From the NCBI GenBank assembly GCA_964016885.1, contig OZ024747.1, forward strand, positions 62,682,001 through 62,746,000: 64,000 bases of DNA, read 5' to 3'. The translations under genes were made by a program, and so were the position numbers. Shown piece by piece: positions 1 through 13,984 of the stretch. Under the pieces are notes generated by a model. That model had not been told where the DNA came from. It did not search any database and was given only the letters and a program-made list of their open reading frames with translations. Position 1 is the stretch's first letter. Every line of letters starts with the position of its first letter. The DNA is from Eledone cirrhosa. Its lineage: Eukaryota.

Positions 1-227
1 AAAGGATTATAATGTGTTTCTTTAAGAGAGGCTAAGTTAACTAGATATTGACTAAAGTCAAACAATCAATAATGTGTTAGGTCGTATTTTATCACCAATG
101 CTGCTATTTATCCTCAGCCAAAGTATTTAACACTCAATTTTGTAAGCTACATGTACCGTATGAAGTCGTTGCCTAACTCTTAAGCTGGCAATTTCCAGTT
201 ATAATTCCCCACTACAGCAGTAAAATT

Positions 228-345
228 GCGTGGCCTAGTGGTTAAAGTGTTGGACTTACGGTCATAAGGTCGTGGGATCAATATCTGGAGCGGAGAGCAC
301 GTTGTTTTCTTGAAAGAAATACCTCATTACACGTTGCTCCCCTAC
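228..345 (+). mobile_element. tRNA-derived CORE-like SINE, diverged 5' part
   Basis: A-box TGGCCTAGTGG, degenerate B-box, then ...cacgttgctcc as in the full copy at 46690. Confidence 0.6.
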
Positions 346-1081
346 TATTAGTTGGGGCTGGTTGATAGCTTTAGCCATGGAAAAACAATAGAAATATTAC
401 TCTCGTGACCCGCTCATATCCTTTTACTTCTAACAGTAGAAAATATCTCTAATAACCGGCGTCATTCGCTAGAACAAAAATCATCTTTGTTTAATTAGCT
501 ACCGAAGACAAATACAAGATTTAACTCGGAACTGACTTCAGATGTCTGTGATTGGAAATAATTATAATTGAATTTTGTACGCTTTCATGTGAAAGTTTTT
601 TTCAGCAGAATCGTATGCACAGTAGACTTTTGAAAGCCACATCTTTAAAGATGACCGTCATAATGTTTTTCTTGGACTTTCCACAAAGGCGGCTTGTTCT
701 AGAGGTGGTACTTTCATTATAATTTCTAGCTGTAAGTCAGCATGGCGGCATTCCAAGGATGGAATATATACAAGAATAAGAAAATATACTTTCATGCCTG
801 ATAATAGAGTCAAATGGATTCTTAAGGGGTTTTGGGTTATAATGTCTACTTTGGTATAAACCATAACTGAATTGTAGCCATAGTTAGGACACATAACTTG
901 TCTACTGAGTTTTAAATAGATCATGTCATGTGCTCTTAACACCCGGTGGAATCATAGGGGAGGTGGGGGGGGGGGTCATCTTTACATAGGGCGTGTTTTG
1001 AACATTTAAACCTGGAAGAGCTCATCACTTTCCAGGTCGGAGACATACATATAGACACACAAACAATAAAAGAAAAAAAAA

Positions 1082-1086
1082 ACGAA

Positions 1087-1162
<76 letters not shown>
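1082..1162. repeat. (GA)n microsatellite
   Basis: Direct reading. Confidence 0.95.
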
Positions 1163-1165
<3 letters not shown>

Positions 1166-1774
1166 TAGAGAGAGGAAGAATCCAACCTACTTTTGAGTTA
1201 CCACTATATTTAGCGACATCGAAATGATGAAAAGCAAAGTTGTCCTCGGAGGGATTTGTACTCAGAGTGTCGAGAGCTGGAGTAAGTACCACAAAGCATT
1301 CTATCCAACATTCCAACGACTCTATTACTTCACCATCTTTTTGATTTAATTACTTCAGTAGAAGATTTTGAACCCCGACTGAAAGCAATGAAAACCTTAT
1401 TTTCATAATAGGGCAAACTTTGAATTTCATTTTTCTGGAGTTTGATGAAATAAAGTACCGACCATTTATTAAGACTAATATAAGAAATTGATACTGGTGA
1501 CTCCCTTGTATCATCAAAAAAGAGACTACAGCTGAGAACAAATCTTTAGGGATGGTTGCACTTTAGGCGTGTGTGAGAGTGCATTCTTCTTGTGATGCTA
1601 AACTCCGCCAGTTGCAGACTGCGCATCAACATGTGATATCTCTCTCCACGAAGTTCGATCACCAGCAGCAGAGTTCTAAGAGCAAGAGTGCATTCACTAA
1701 CATCTAAAGTATTCCTTCCTGTGAAGTGTAAGTTACCACAGCGTTGAAAGCGATGATGGTCTCCTCTATATTTC

Positions 1775-2275
1775 CTCATGTATTATTTTTGTATGTGAGC
1801 ATTTATGAACAGGGATGTGAGTGTATAAATATTGGACATAAACTATGAATCTTATACACAATTTTGACACTTTCATTCTCTCGAAAACTTTCTTTGCTTC
1901 TTGCCTTCAGTTAATTGTATGTGTGTGTATATATTAGGACTGTACCGATAAGCACATTCGCTGATTACGGATTAATCGGCATTGCCTTATCCATCGATAA
2001 CCTTTATTCGACCAGCGATGAGAGTGCATTCACCAACATCCAAAGTGTAAATGAATAGGTCATTTATTTTCAGACACGATGCGAGATTACAGAAGAAGAA
2101 TTTGCAAGAAAAATCTCGTGGAAATTTACATGGCCGCCAGCTGTCAGATTTGATTTGGTTGTTCCATCCATATCTATGTATATAGGTTCGTGTGGCGCAC
2201 GAACGGAGTTAGATATTTATTTAATTACAACAGATGGCCGAACTGGAAATATCCCTTTAAAGTTGCAAGAAAAAA
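1775..2275 (+). repeat. ~500 bp direct duplication, copy 1 (copy 2 at ~4868-5400)
   Basis: Collinear similarity, e.g. ttaggactgta(c/t)cgataagc and gatttggttgttccatccatatctatgtat in both copies. Confidence 0.85.
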
Positions 2276-2546
2276 CAACAACAAACAAAGATAGATATAT
2301 TTCAATGACCAAGTTACGTACAACCCTGGCGACATCAGGTTTGGATGTGTTAGTTAGTTAATTAATAAAAATAATTACAGCAGACACAAACTGAGAATAG
2401 AGAATATATTTGGTTCGGAGCTGGCCCGAAAAATGTGTGATAAACAGGCGAAACTCGAGAGTAACAAGACTCACTATTCAGCTTTAATAAAATAAATATT
2501 AAAATTCTACTTCGGTATTGAGTACTCCTTTCTCTCAGCCGTCAAC

Positions 2547-2604
<58 letters not shown>

Positions 2605-3264
2605 TGTGTGCGTGCGTGCGTGCGTGCAATGTACATTAACCGTACGGAAACCAATGGCATAAATCCGCTATTAACGTCTGTAAAAGGAAATAATTACAAT
2701 GTCCTGTCTCTAATCCAACAGACTCACATCCTATTGTCTACAACTATATACAGAATATAGAAATAGATTATTCATCGTATCAATTAGATTTTCAAGAGGC
2801 TTCTTTCTTATTATAACAACCACCTCGGTTTAAACCACGTTTTAAAATGGAGAAATGCAAGTCTTGAGACATTCATACTATTGGAAAACTGTGGTTCTTA
2901 CATTACGGTATTTTGTAAAAGCTCTTGTTTATTGGTACTTTTACATCCCAATCTTTGAAACTTGATAATACTGGATTCTAATATATGGTACAATGTCATA
3001 AATGTTTTTTGGGGGGAATATGTAAGTCGATTATATCGACCCAGTACATGACTGGTACTTTATTTAATCATCACTGGGAAGATGAAAAGCTAGGTTGAAC
3101 TCGATCGGCTTTAAAGGCAGAGCGAAGCGGTTCATAACGAGATCCTGTAATGTATTTAATCCGACTAACTAACGATTCTGCCTATTCAAAGCCCTTACAA
3201 TGATTTCCGATTTAGAGATACATGGCAAACAATTTGGGGATGAGGAATCGATTACATTGATCCC

Positions 3265-3520
3265 AGTCGGGGCCAGATTTAATTGGGGGCACAGGGGCCA
3301 ATTGCCTCGGGGTTTATGCTGTGGGGGAAGGGGTCACCAGCAATGACTGTAGTAATTTATTTCTCCCCTCAGTTGGGCTTTTTAGTTTAAGAATGGTTAG
3401 AATTTTTGAATTTAATACCTGCATGTATAACCTTTCAATTCCAATTACTTGCGGTAAGCTAACTTTAATATGTAAAATTGGGGTGTTTTCTGTGTATTCT
3501 AAATCTTTGTATATGTGCTA
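3265..3520 (+). mobile_element. Non-autonomous DNA-transposon-like repeat (GC-rich ggcc...attta terminus); related copies at ~14950-15185 and ~21596-21920 on the - strand
   Basis: Shared core tttaatacctg(c/t)atgtataac...aattccaatt(a/g)cttgc in three places; superfamily not determined. Confidence 0.55.
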
Positions 3521-3931
3521 AATACAGCCTGAATACAGCTCAGCATTTTTACTGCAACCATAATTTTTAAACAACAATTATGACGCTGTTTCAGGCTGAA
3601 CACTATTAGACAGACAGATATAATTTGAAGGAGTGTGGACATGTGTTCTCGAACAGAAGCAAAATTTTGTCTACGTTTCCTTCCTAGCGAAGAACAAAAC
3701 GTAAGAATACAAGTTAACACACACTGTTTAGCTCACCATTGGAGCACTCCACTAAAATAGCTGGTACTCAAACATTAACGTAAACCAAGGCTGGGAAAAT
3801 GAAATTCTACCACAGCCAATAATTCCGATGCTTATATGATTGGGCCCGTACATTCTGATGGAGTATTAAAGGCAACATAATGGCATACAGTGTCTTTTAA
3901 AACCTAGTGAAGCCCATCCCATTTCCAGGTC

Positions 3932-4048
3932 TACCTACCTACCTACCTACCTACCTAGCTAGCTATCTACCTACCTACCTACCTACCTAGCTAGCTATCT
4001 ATCTACCTACCTACCTACCTACCTACCTATCTATTTACTTACCTACCT
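3932..4048. repeat. (ACCT)n/(AGCT)n tetranucleotide microsatellite
   Basis: Direct reading. Confidence 0.9.
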
Positions 4049-4149
4049 TCTATATATATAAAACCTAACGCTTGCTTATGTACTTGTCTTGTGGGCCCAA
4101 GAAATTCCGAATTGCTGTTGTTGTTGTTTAATTGTTTTTACGAAACAGT

Positions 4150-4350
4150 GGACGGTAGATTTGCAGTATCGGTAGAACATCAGACAACATGCTTTATGGC
4201 ATGGTAACGAGTTCAAATCCCACCGAGTTTAGCTTTGCTTTTCATCCTTACGGGGTCGATAAAATAAATTCCCTGTAACGCACTGGGGTCGATTTAATCG
4301 ACTTTCCCCTCCCCCAAAATTGCTGGCTTTGTAACTAAATCAGAAACCGT
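4150..4350 (+). mobile_element. tRNA-derived SINE (family S1)
   Basis: A-box-like TTGCAGTATCGG, B-box GAGTTCAAATCC, body tttcatccttacggggtcgataaaataaa; more than 20 copies or fragments in the window. Confidence 0.8.
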
Positions 4351-4774
4351 TATATATGTATATTTCACTGTTTGATTATATATCTATATGTATAACCTAG
4401 ATTTGCTGTCTCCATAGCTGACGCTCTATACTACACAAATATGTGTTTGTAGGAATATCTATTTTTGTCTATGGATATATTTTTTATCAGTGTTTACATA
4501 TTTTACGTCCATTTATCAAATCTGGTTTCCGCTGTGTGCCTGTGTATGTGTTTTCGTGTGTGTAGATGTTTGTGTTTCCTTGTGTCTGAGTATATATATG
4601 TGTACAAATATCTGAGACTAGATACATATATGTGACGTCGATGTTGCTGGCTGAGTTTGTCTTCGTTTGTTCTTTAATTCTTCAGTTTGTTTTTACCATC
4701 AAGATCAAGAGATAATCCTGGAGCCACGAGTGTGTTATGTGTGGCTGTGTCTCTGTGTGTGTCTGTATGCGCGT

Positions 4775-4805
<31 letters not shown>

Positions 4806-4867
4806 CTTGCGTGTATGCACGTGTGTGTGCGTGCGTGTGTGTATGTCTGTATGAATGTGTGTATATT

Positions 4868-5400
4868 CCCTCATGTATTGTTTTTGTATGTGTGCATTTG
4901 AGAGCAGGGATGTAAGTGTATAAATATTGATGGAGATAAAATATTGAAACTTATGCACAATTTCGACACGTCCATTCTCTCGAAAACATTTTCTTTTCTT
5001 CTTGCCTTTAATTTTATGGCTACATCCCAAAAGAGTTAAAACTTGTATGGGTGAGTGTATATATTAGGACTGTATCGATAAGCGAATAAGCTAATTGCGG
5101 ATAAATCGGCGTTGCCTGATCCGCCGATATCCTTTATTTGACCGCCGATGAGAGTGTATGCATTAACACCCAAAGTGTAAATTTATAGGTTATTTATCAT
5201 CAGATACGATGCGAGATTACAGAAGAAATTGCAGAAATCTCGTGGAGATTTACATGGCCGCCAACAGTCAGTTTTGATTTGGTTGTTCCATCCATATCTA
5301 TGTATGTAGGTTCGTCTGGTGCACGAACGGAGTTAAATATTTATTTAATTAAAACAACAGATGGTCGGACAGGACACATCCCTTTCAAGTTTTAATGTTG
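4868..5400 (+). repeat. ~500 bp direct duplication, copy 2
   Basis: Matches 1775-2275. Confidence 0.85.
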
Positions 5401-5412
5401 CAAAAAACACTA

Positions 5413-5533
5413 CAGTGTGTTCGCTTTTTACGCGAAGATCTGTTCGTGAATGCGGCGCGTAAAACAAATTCGCGTAATTCAAGTCTAATAATAATTCAAT
5501 ACAACCCCCCAGGTAGAGACTGTCAGTGACGTT

Positions 5534-5569
<36 letters not shown>

Positions 5570-5580
5570 GGAGAGAGAGA

Positions 5581-5673
<93 letters not shown>

Positions 5674-5882
5674 GAATAAAAATATAACTCTAATATATGG
5701 TATATTATTATATCCTTTGACAATTCTAATGTTATATTATATTTCTGATAAATAAAAACAAATTAACAACCACACACGTTATAGCGCGTTATTCGCGCAA
5801 AGTGAATATTTAATGATATTTTTTCAAGAGGCGTTAAAGCGAATTCACGTAATTCAAGTTCGCGTAAAAAGCGAAAAGACTC
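5413..5882. mobile_element. Tc1/mariner-pogo (Tigger-like) MITE with internal (GA)n
   Basis: TIRs cagtgtgttcgctttttacgcgaa / ttcgcgtaaaaagcgaaaagactc, TA on both sides; second copy at 38352-38710. Confidence 0.8.
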
Positions 5883-5944
5883 TATATATATATTTCAATG
5901 GCTTAGTAGAGTAAATAAAAGAAAAAGAGAGGTTATATGTCGTA

Positions 5945-6205
5945 ATCCGTATGGTGAGCAAATGGGGTCCCACGGGCTGCCGCCCCACAGCCCCGGCGGA
6001 CAGAATGTAGAAGGCGTTTCCCCGGAGGATGGTAAGGGAGATGCACTGGAAGAACCATTCCAGCTCGCGGGGCTCGCACCTGCGGTTGGCCAGCTCAGCG
6101 CCTATGGCGGTGAGTAGGGAGGTAGCTCTAGGGCCAAGTACACCAGAAGTCTCCACTGTCAAGGGTACGACCGCCAACATGTCGGAGAGCAACCGGTACT
6201 TGGAG
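5945..6205 (-). mobile_element. 3' fragment of a CRE-like (restriction-like endonuclease) non-LTR retrotransposon
   Basis: Translation VVPLTVETSGVLGPRA...CEPRELEWFFQCISLTILRGNAFYIL matches the P.avE..G..G...Q..S....RGNA..IL C-terminus typical of CRE-clade ORFs. Confidence 0.7.
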
Positions 6206-6268
6206 AGTTTACCTATCTATAATTGCAATATGAAAATACGTATTATAATTGTAAGTAATATATTATAT

Positions 6269-6415
6269 TTCGTTTCTGAATTTGTTTAGCAAGATTCTTT
6301 ATCTGAAATCGTGTGTTGAAACCGATATTGTTATACTTTGGGCAACATGACCCTCCCAAAGTATAATAATATATTATACTATTTCATAATTAGTTACAAT
6401 TATTTACCCTCTACT
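6269..6415. mobile_element. TA-embedded fold-back element end (family J); other copies 9234-9330 and 13715-13886
   Basis: Shared tail ...cgtgtgttgaaac... and inverted arms atattgttatactttggg / cccaaagtataataatat. Confidence 0.55.
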
Positions 6416-6637
6416 TGAGATCACATGATTACAAAATTAGGTTGGTTTTTACAATCCAAGATAACATATATAAACCTGCAAGAAATCGACTAACCTCAGG
6501 AAAAGGATCTAGCTGTCGAAACGGCCGGAGGTCAGCCGCCAGGGTCCTGACTCTCTTCCTATGTATATATAAATATATGTGTGTATATATGTACATGCAA
6601 GGGCCTTGTTTAAAAGGAGTACCAGGGGACAAGTCCA

Positions 6638-6797
6638 GCAATTACCCAGTACATTACTGGTACTTTATTTTATCGACCCCGTAAGGATGAAAGGCAAAGT
6701 CAACCTCGGCGGGATTTGAACTCAGATCGTAAAGGGACGTAACTATGCTGGAAAGTATGGCGTCCGACCCTCTACCGATACTGCCAATCCACCGTGC
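6638..6797 (-). mobile_element. SINE family S1
   Basis: Reverse complement of the S1 consensus including ggatttgaactc (B-box). Confidence 0.8.
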
Positions 6798-8057
6798 ATA
6801 ATATATAAATATATATATAAATATATATATATTATATATATACATACACATTCAGTGTGTGTCTGTGTGTATGCATACCAGTGAATGAGATTATTTTGAT
6901 GTAGGTATTTTATCTAAGATTCCTTTTTGAGAGAGACAATATAATATAGGGAAATAGGTTTTGAATAACATGAGAGAAAGATAGAGAAAATGACCGCTAG
7001 TTATGACAATGGAAAGAAAAATATACTGGAGAGAGAGGGAGAGAGAGAAGGAGAGAGAAAGCGAGAAGGTGAAAGAAAGAGAGAGTATGAGAGAGTGAAA
7101 GATAGATAGTGTGGGAGAGTGAAAGAGAAATATAGAAGGTGAAAGAGAGAGAAAGCGAGAAAGAGAGAGAGAGAGAGGCAGACATTATTGATTAGTGTGG
7201 TAATGGCGGACAATGAAAAACAACAGATGTGACCGTTAATTCTTTTTTTATTTTATTTTATTTTTTTTTAATGCTGAGTAATGTATTCAGTTTTATCATA
7301 TGTAATATTTGAATGCAATTATTTTTAACATTAGTACAAGGTCAAAACGTTTGTACTGAAGAGACGCAGTTGATTTAATCAATTTCTCTATAATAAGAAA
7401 CTGACTGGTACGTATTATATGTCCGATACTATGAGACAATACAGGAGACCCGTACGACGTGCTAGACAAAACTGTCAAATTACGAATTCCCTCAACACGT
7501 TTTCTGTCATTGTTCAACGTTTATTATACTAGAATGTTTTCAACACTTTGGCGCATATATGTATATGTGTGTGTGTGCGTATGTGTATATGTGTGTGTGC
7601 GTATGTGTATACGTGTGTGCGTATGTGTATGTGTGTGTGTGCGTGTGTGTATGTGTGTGTGTGCGTATGTGTGTGTGGGCATGTGTATATGTGTGTGCGT
7701 GTGTGTATGTACATATGCATACATTTATATGTTTGAGTATATAAATATAGATGCGCAAACACAGACACGCTTACAAAAATACACTCAGACATACATTCAC
7801 ACAAACACACACATACATTCACACAAACGCATACAGTGTAACAAATGGAACGCCAGCCGTTGTTTTGTTATAGATTTTCCCCCATCGCCTTCCAGCCTTT
7901 TACACACACATATATTCACACAAACACACATTTTGTGACGGATGGCAGTCGCTAAAGTTTATATATAGATGCATATATTCTCAGCATTTTCCATAGAAAA
8001 TGTAAATCGGTTAAATCGATGTCAGTGCGTTACTGGTGCTTTTTTTTTATTGACCCT

Positions 8058-8166
8058 AGGGCGGAGTTGGCCGCTCGGAGGTGCGAGCCCCGAGAACTGG
8101 AGTGGTTGCTTCGGCGCGTTTCCCTCGCCGTCCGCCAGGGAAATGCATTCTCCAGAAATGGAGGGC
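8058..8166 (+). mobile_element. CRE-like 3' fragment
   Basis: Translates AELAARRCEPRELEWLLRRVSLAVRQGNAFS, homologous to 5945-6205. Confidence 0.7.
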
Positions 8167-8304
8167 AAGTTAGTTGGTGGTGAAGGATACTCGTTAGGAC
8201 GTCATTTCTACAACTAAAGTATATTTACAAATTCCTATCTGCTTTTGCTTTACAAACGTCCCTTGCCTCGGTAGGACTTGAATTCAGGAGGTAAAATGGC
8301 CGTA

Positions 8305-8640
8305 AACATATGCCATAGAAAAGAATCGCTGGACAGATTTTACTGGAAAAAACCAAATAGCAGGAGATCCAGGGGTGGATAACATGCATGAGCTTGGCTG
8401 GTCTTGCTTGAGGATCCAGCCGGACCAGTTCGAGACAATAGCTCCTGACAGGACCCGCTGGAAGAAGTGTTTGATGGACTCTGTCCTCGCGACCCTCTCA
8501 GGAAGAAGAAGAAGAACCAGAAGTATTAGCAGAAGAAGAAACAGAAGAAGAAACAGAAGAAGAAACAGAAGAAGAAGAAAGCGAAGAAGAAAAAGAAAGC
8601 GAAGAAGAAGACGAAGCATCATCATCATCATCATCATGAT
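8305..8640 (+). mobile_element. RTE-like LINE 3' end with (GAA)n tail
   Basis: Homologous to 26100-26340 and 58640-58860; ends in a GAA-rich tandem tail. Confidence 0.65.
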
Positions 8641-8943
8641 CTTGTCCGACACTCTACCGATACCACCCCACCAACCACCCTAAACACCTTCACAATACAG
8701 TATATTTCAACTGACACAGTGTTTCATTAAGTGTCATTAAACCGCCAGCAAAGATGGCTAAACCAGATATTTCCTTACGTCTCATTTACGTATATAAATA
8801 TATTAATAATATATTTGTTATTAATCAATCATATCTATTAACAGGGATATTTCTAGACTGATTGATTCTATTAATAGTTATTCATTGTCGTACTCCGGTA
8901 TATCTTTGTGGAGAAAACGTTTTGAATAATTAATTAGCTAACG

Positions 8944-9029
<86 letters not shown>

Positions 9030-9158
9030 AGCATACACAGACAAAGAGAGATAAACTGATAGATATATATAATATATGTATATATATATATATATATGTG
9101 TATATATATATATATATATGTGTATATATATATGTCTATATGTATGTATATATATGTC

Positions 9159-9235
<77 letters not shown>

Positions 9236-9442
9236 CGTTTCTGAATTTGTTTAGCAAGATTCTTTATCTGAAAACGTGTGTTGAAACCTATATTGTTATA
9301 CTTAGGGAGGGTCATGTTGCAAATAAGAAACACACGCACCAGTTGCTTTCACTTCAATTTATTATAATAAATTTATAAATTTAGGAATTTATAAATTTCC
9401 GGTTGATTGGTTTGTTCCACAACCAGATGGTTGTTTATATAT

Positions 9443-9489
9443 TGTGAAAGTTCTTTCGTCACACAATCTGTGACCTCTTCAGTGACTGG
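9443..9489 (-). ncRNA. Degenerate hammerhead-like motif
   Basis: Reverse strand CTGAAGA-g-gtcaca...tgtgac-GAAA-gaac-TT; stem II good, stem I and III decayed. Confidence 0.35.
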
Positions 9490-9759
9490 GATTCTTTTCT
9501 TTGTTTTTGTGGATTCTCCATATATTATATATATATATAAATATAATATATGTATATATATATATAATATATTTTCAATACCCGAATTACTTGATCGTTT
9601 TTTTGGCTATGCGAATGATTGTTTAACCATCGTCTCAGTGTGTTTGGCCTTTAACGTTTGTTATAGCTCTGGTTCATCTGAATCATTGAGCACTTGCCAC
9701 ACATCTCGGAGGTTGTTTTTCGTTATTTCGTGGGCCGAAATGCGATTCTCGATAATTTA

Positions 9760-9822
9760 TGTTTATATATATATATATGTATGTATATATATATATAAGT
9801 ATATATATATACACACATATAT

Positions 9823-9855
<33 letters not shown>

Positions 9856-9858
9856 CAC

Positions 9859-9891
<33 letters not shown>

Positions 9892-10225
9892 TACACACAC
9901 ATATACATGTATGTATGTATGTATATATACATACACATATATACATATATATACATATATATGTATATATACATACACATATATACATCTACATATATAT
10001 ACTTATATACATATACACATGTAGACATATATACATACATATAGACATATATAGAGATATGTATACATATATATATATACATATAAACATGTAAACATAT
10101 ATATACACATGTAAACATATATATACATACATATAGACATATATATACATACATATAGACATATATATACATACATATAGACATATATATATGCATACAT
10201 GTAGACATATATATACATACATGTA

Positions 10226-10271
<46 letters not shown>

Positions 10272-10290
10272 CATACATATACACATATAT
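9760..10290. repeat. Compound (TA)n/(TACA)n low-complexity tract
   Basis: Direct reading; source of the YI/HT-rich pseudo-ORFs. Confidence 0.9.
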
Positions 10291-10560
10291 ATGGATAGAT
10301 AGATATTCTATTTATCTATCTCGTTTTCCTCCTTAACTACAAAGTTCCATCTGATGAAAGATGGAAGATGACAATGTTAACAGATATTGGAGGAGGCGGA
10401 AGGTGAAAGCATAATAGGAACATATATACTTGTTTCTACTTTAGGCACAAGGCCAGCAATTACCCCAGTGCATTACTGGTACTTTATTTTATCGACCCCG
10501 TAAGGATGAAAGGCAAAGTCAACCTCGGCGGGATACTGAAGTAGAAAAGACAGATAAGCG

Positions 10561-10623
<63 letters not shown>

Positions 10624-10624
<1 letters not shown>

Positions 10625-10814
10625 GGAAAAAGTATGACCCCGACGGCAGAGCTCAAGCCGTTTCGACGGCTATTTCTGGACCAGAAATAGCCGTCGAAAC
10701 GGCTTGAGCTCTGCCGTCGGGGTCATACTTTTTCCTATTTCCCACTCTACTACCCTAAGTATTGAGTACTCTGGTGCGTTATGGTCGATCTGGATCCTTA
10801 CCGCAATTCCTTTG

Positions 10815-10817
<3 letters not shown>
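10624..10817 (+). mobile_element. TA-embedded fold-back element, family A (Penelope pseudo-LTR-like)
   Basis: Perfect 56-bp-arm palindrome 10624-10736 plus ~80 nt tail; TA repeats on both sides; contains the 3' half of the family A hammerhead. Confidence 0.75.
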
Positions 10818-10897
<80 letters not shown>

Positions 10898-12469
10898 CAA
10901 ACATATTTATATATATACACATATACACACACATATAAATACACATATATATATATATGTATATATGTGTGTGTATGTGTATATATATATATACAAATAC
11001 ACATATATACACATATACACACATATACACACACATATATATACACATATATACACAAACATATATATATATATACACATATACACACAGACGCACACAT
11101 ATATATACACGTATATATATATATATGTGTGCATATATATATATATATAAATATATGTATGCTTACATATATAGAAATATACATGTGTGTGTGTGTGTGT
11201 GTTTGTAAAGATAGATAGATATGTACACGAACGGGCACACACAAACATAAATACAAAGATGAATTTCTCCCCCACTCCTCTCTCCCTCCCTCATTCCTCT
11301 CTCCCTCTATCTTTACGCTACTGTAAAAATAATCTTGCTTCAACAGAAATAGATTCGTAATTTGTCGTGAACTTTTGACTTGGATATGAATAATTCTTAA
11401 CCCCTAAAATACAGAGCGTATGAAGATTGCTCGGGGGGGGGGGGGGGGGTGATCATAATTAGAAATATTATCTGGAAACTAATGCCAAATATTCTCAATA
11501 AATTTGAAATTCTGTTAAATTTTACCATTGATTTAGGTTTCCTAGTCTATTATAAGCTGTCATGAGAGCCGCAAAATGCTTAGATAAGGAATAATATTAT
11601 CTATATCGAATGCAAAGACCGCCTGAAATAAATCTATATTTGTATGGTTTTGTCTGGAATCATTCGCTACCACCACCACCACCACCACCACCACTACTAC
11701 TACTACTACAACAACTACTACTACTACTACTACTGCTGCTGTTGCTATTGCTACTGTTTATAAACCCTATCAGAATTACTTTAGTCGTTTATTCCTATAC
11801 CAATATTTACTGTCAAAAGTTTTACCATAGCAAGGTTCTCATTTCTAAATACTATTAGAGTCGGTCAAGATTTGACTTAAAATAAATCTTAGTGTAAGAA
11901 CTAGATTTCATAATTAGTATCTATAAATTATATACTGAGGCGACACAATGACTACACTGAGTGTGCTGTTGCCAGTATTTTCTTATGAAACAATTATGCA
12001 ATTTTAAAGAATTACCTTTTCAAATAATCATTTACAAATGCAAAAGATGTTCGTTTTCCATACTGCTAAACCACCACTCTCATATATTAAAATAATTGTT
12101 TCTACTTTTTGGCACAAGGCCAGCAATTACCCAGTGTATTACTGGTACTTTATTTTATCTACCCCGTAAGGATGAAAGGCAAAGTTAACCTCGGCGGGAT
12201 TTGAACTCATATATTAAAATAATAATTATAAATGATGTTCTATTCTGAGTTTATCAATAAGAATATCTTCCATTATATACATACACTTACCATATATATA
12301 CCACCGCCAGTAGTAATAGTACCACCTTCAGTTCTATTAATAATGCCGTAATTCCATTATAGATAATACTGATACTTTATTTTATCGACCCCGGAAGAAT
12401 GAAAGAATTAATCCTGGCGAGATTTGAACACAGAACACAAAAATGTCTAACTATACCCCTCTCTCTCTG

Positions 12470-12717
12470 ATCGATCGACAAGATCCCAAACCTCATTCGC
12501 TTGTCGAGTGGCATGGACCTCGTCAAATCTGACCAAGGAAACTTTTGTTTCCATTGGTCTTTCCATTCCTGATATTATCTAACGGTCGCAACTCCTTGGC
12601 AGAAGGAGCAACGTGAAATAAAGTGTCTTGCTCAAGGATACAACACATTACACGGCCCGAGAATTGAACTTACAGCGACACGATTGCGAATCCAACTCTC
12701 TAACCACTAAGCCTTCA
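12470..12717 (-). mobile_element. tRNA-derived CORE-like SINE (family S2)
   Basis: Reverse complement of the 46690-46911 consensus (aagtgtcttgctcaagga; ctaaccactaagcc). Confidence 0.8.
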
Positions 12718-13880
12718 CCACAAAGCATTTTCTTCGACAATTTACCGATACTACTGATCCAAAGTCCTTTCATTTGCCGAAATATTAGCTCTATCTTCTT
12801 ACATATAAAGAATGAATATCTATAAAAAAAAAATACAAATGAAAATCAAATCTTCTTTTGTGTTTCTATTGTATTTACTTTGAAAAAAATTTATGGATAT
12901 TGTTTCAAACATTTCCGATTAATTATTTTTCAATTAAATTTCTTTGATTAATCACATGAAGGAAATGGTATTTTGTAACACTTTTGTCATAACTTAATTT
13001 TCACATATAACTACAAAGGAAGAATTAGAGTTGGAAAGAAGATTCAAGCACAGCGAATACTGTTGATCTTTTATAGATCATATTAAATATTTTATAGACA
13101 TAACCAGAAATATGATAAGACCACTGAATAAAACAAAACATCGAAAGAAAATATTAAAGATCTTGAGGCAATAACAATGATTGTATTATATATCTTTCGT
13201 GAAGTATATTTATTTCATTGTTTCATATAATAGAATTAAAGTCTTCAGTAGTATCAAAACTACTTCAGTAAAATTTGGGAGAAAACAATATTTTTCCAAC
13301 AAGTCTTAATATTTAACATCCATTTTCAATAGAAAAAAAATCAAAGAAAAACTTTAACCTTCTATAAGTTGATTATATATTTCGGTTTTCAGAAATGTGT
13401 ATATTGCTGCGGGGCTAACGAAACTTTAAAAGAATGATTTTTGGACGCAATAGATATTTTGAAGTATTCTTTAAAATGTTAAAGAGTCACGTATCAAACG
13501 AAATAAAAATATGGATATTTTTTTTATCAAAACACTTCAAACATCACTGCAATACAATAAGTCTTACAATTTTCTTTCAATTCTTTTAGAATCGTTAGGT
13601 TGTCAAATAGAATATTTAATATAATTTGTTCTGGTTTTCTACGACTCTCAGTTCAAATCCTTTACGTATGATGTCAATAAAATAAAGTGTGTGTATATAT
13701 ATATATATATATACATTTGTTTTGCAAGTTTTTTTTATATGAAATCGTGTGTTGAAACAAATATTGTTATATTTGGGGAGGTTCATATTGTTATACCAGA
13801 AATAATAACCCAAACCAAACAGTGAGCGTGTTCTATTATTATTTCTGGCAAAATTATAACAATATGACCCTCCCCAAATA

Positions 13881-13947
<67 letters not shown>

Positions 13948-13984
13948 GCATATATTTATACATATATATAGTAGTAGTATTAGT

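Noticed and set aside
626-858. ~75-codon open frame on + in unique sequence, and similar frames at 1567-1706, 53750-53860 and 59002-59214
   Set aside because: No recognisable domain and no convincing splice-site pair.
10345-10372. CTGATGA at ~10351 (and at ~34832)
   Set aside because: No correctly placed GAAA, stem III and stem I partner.
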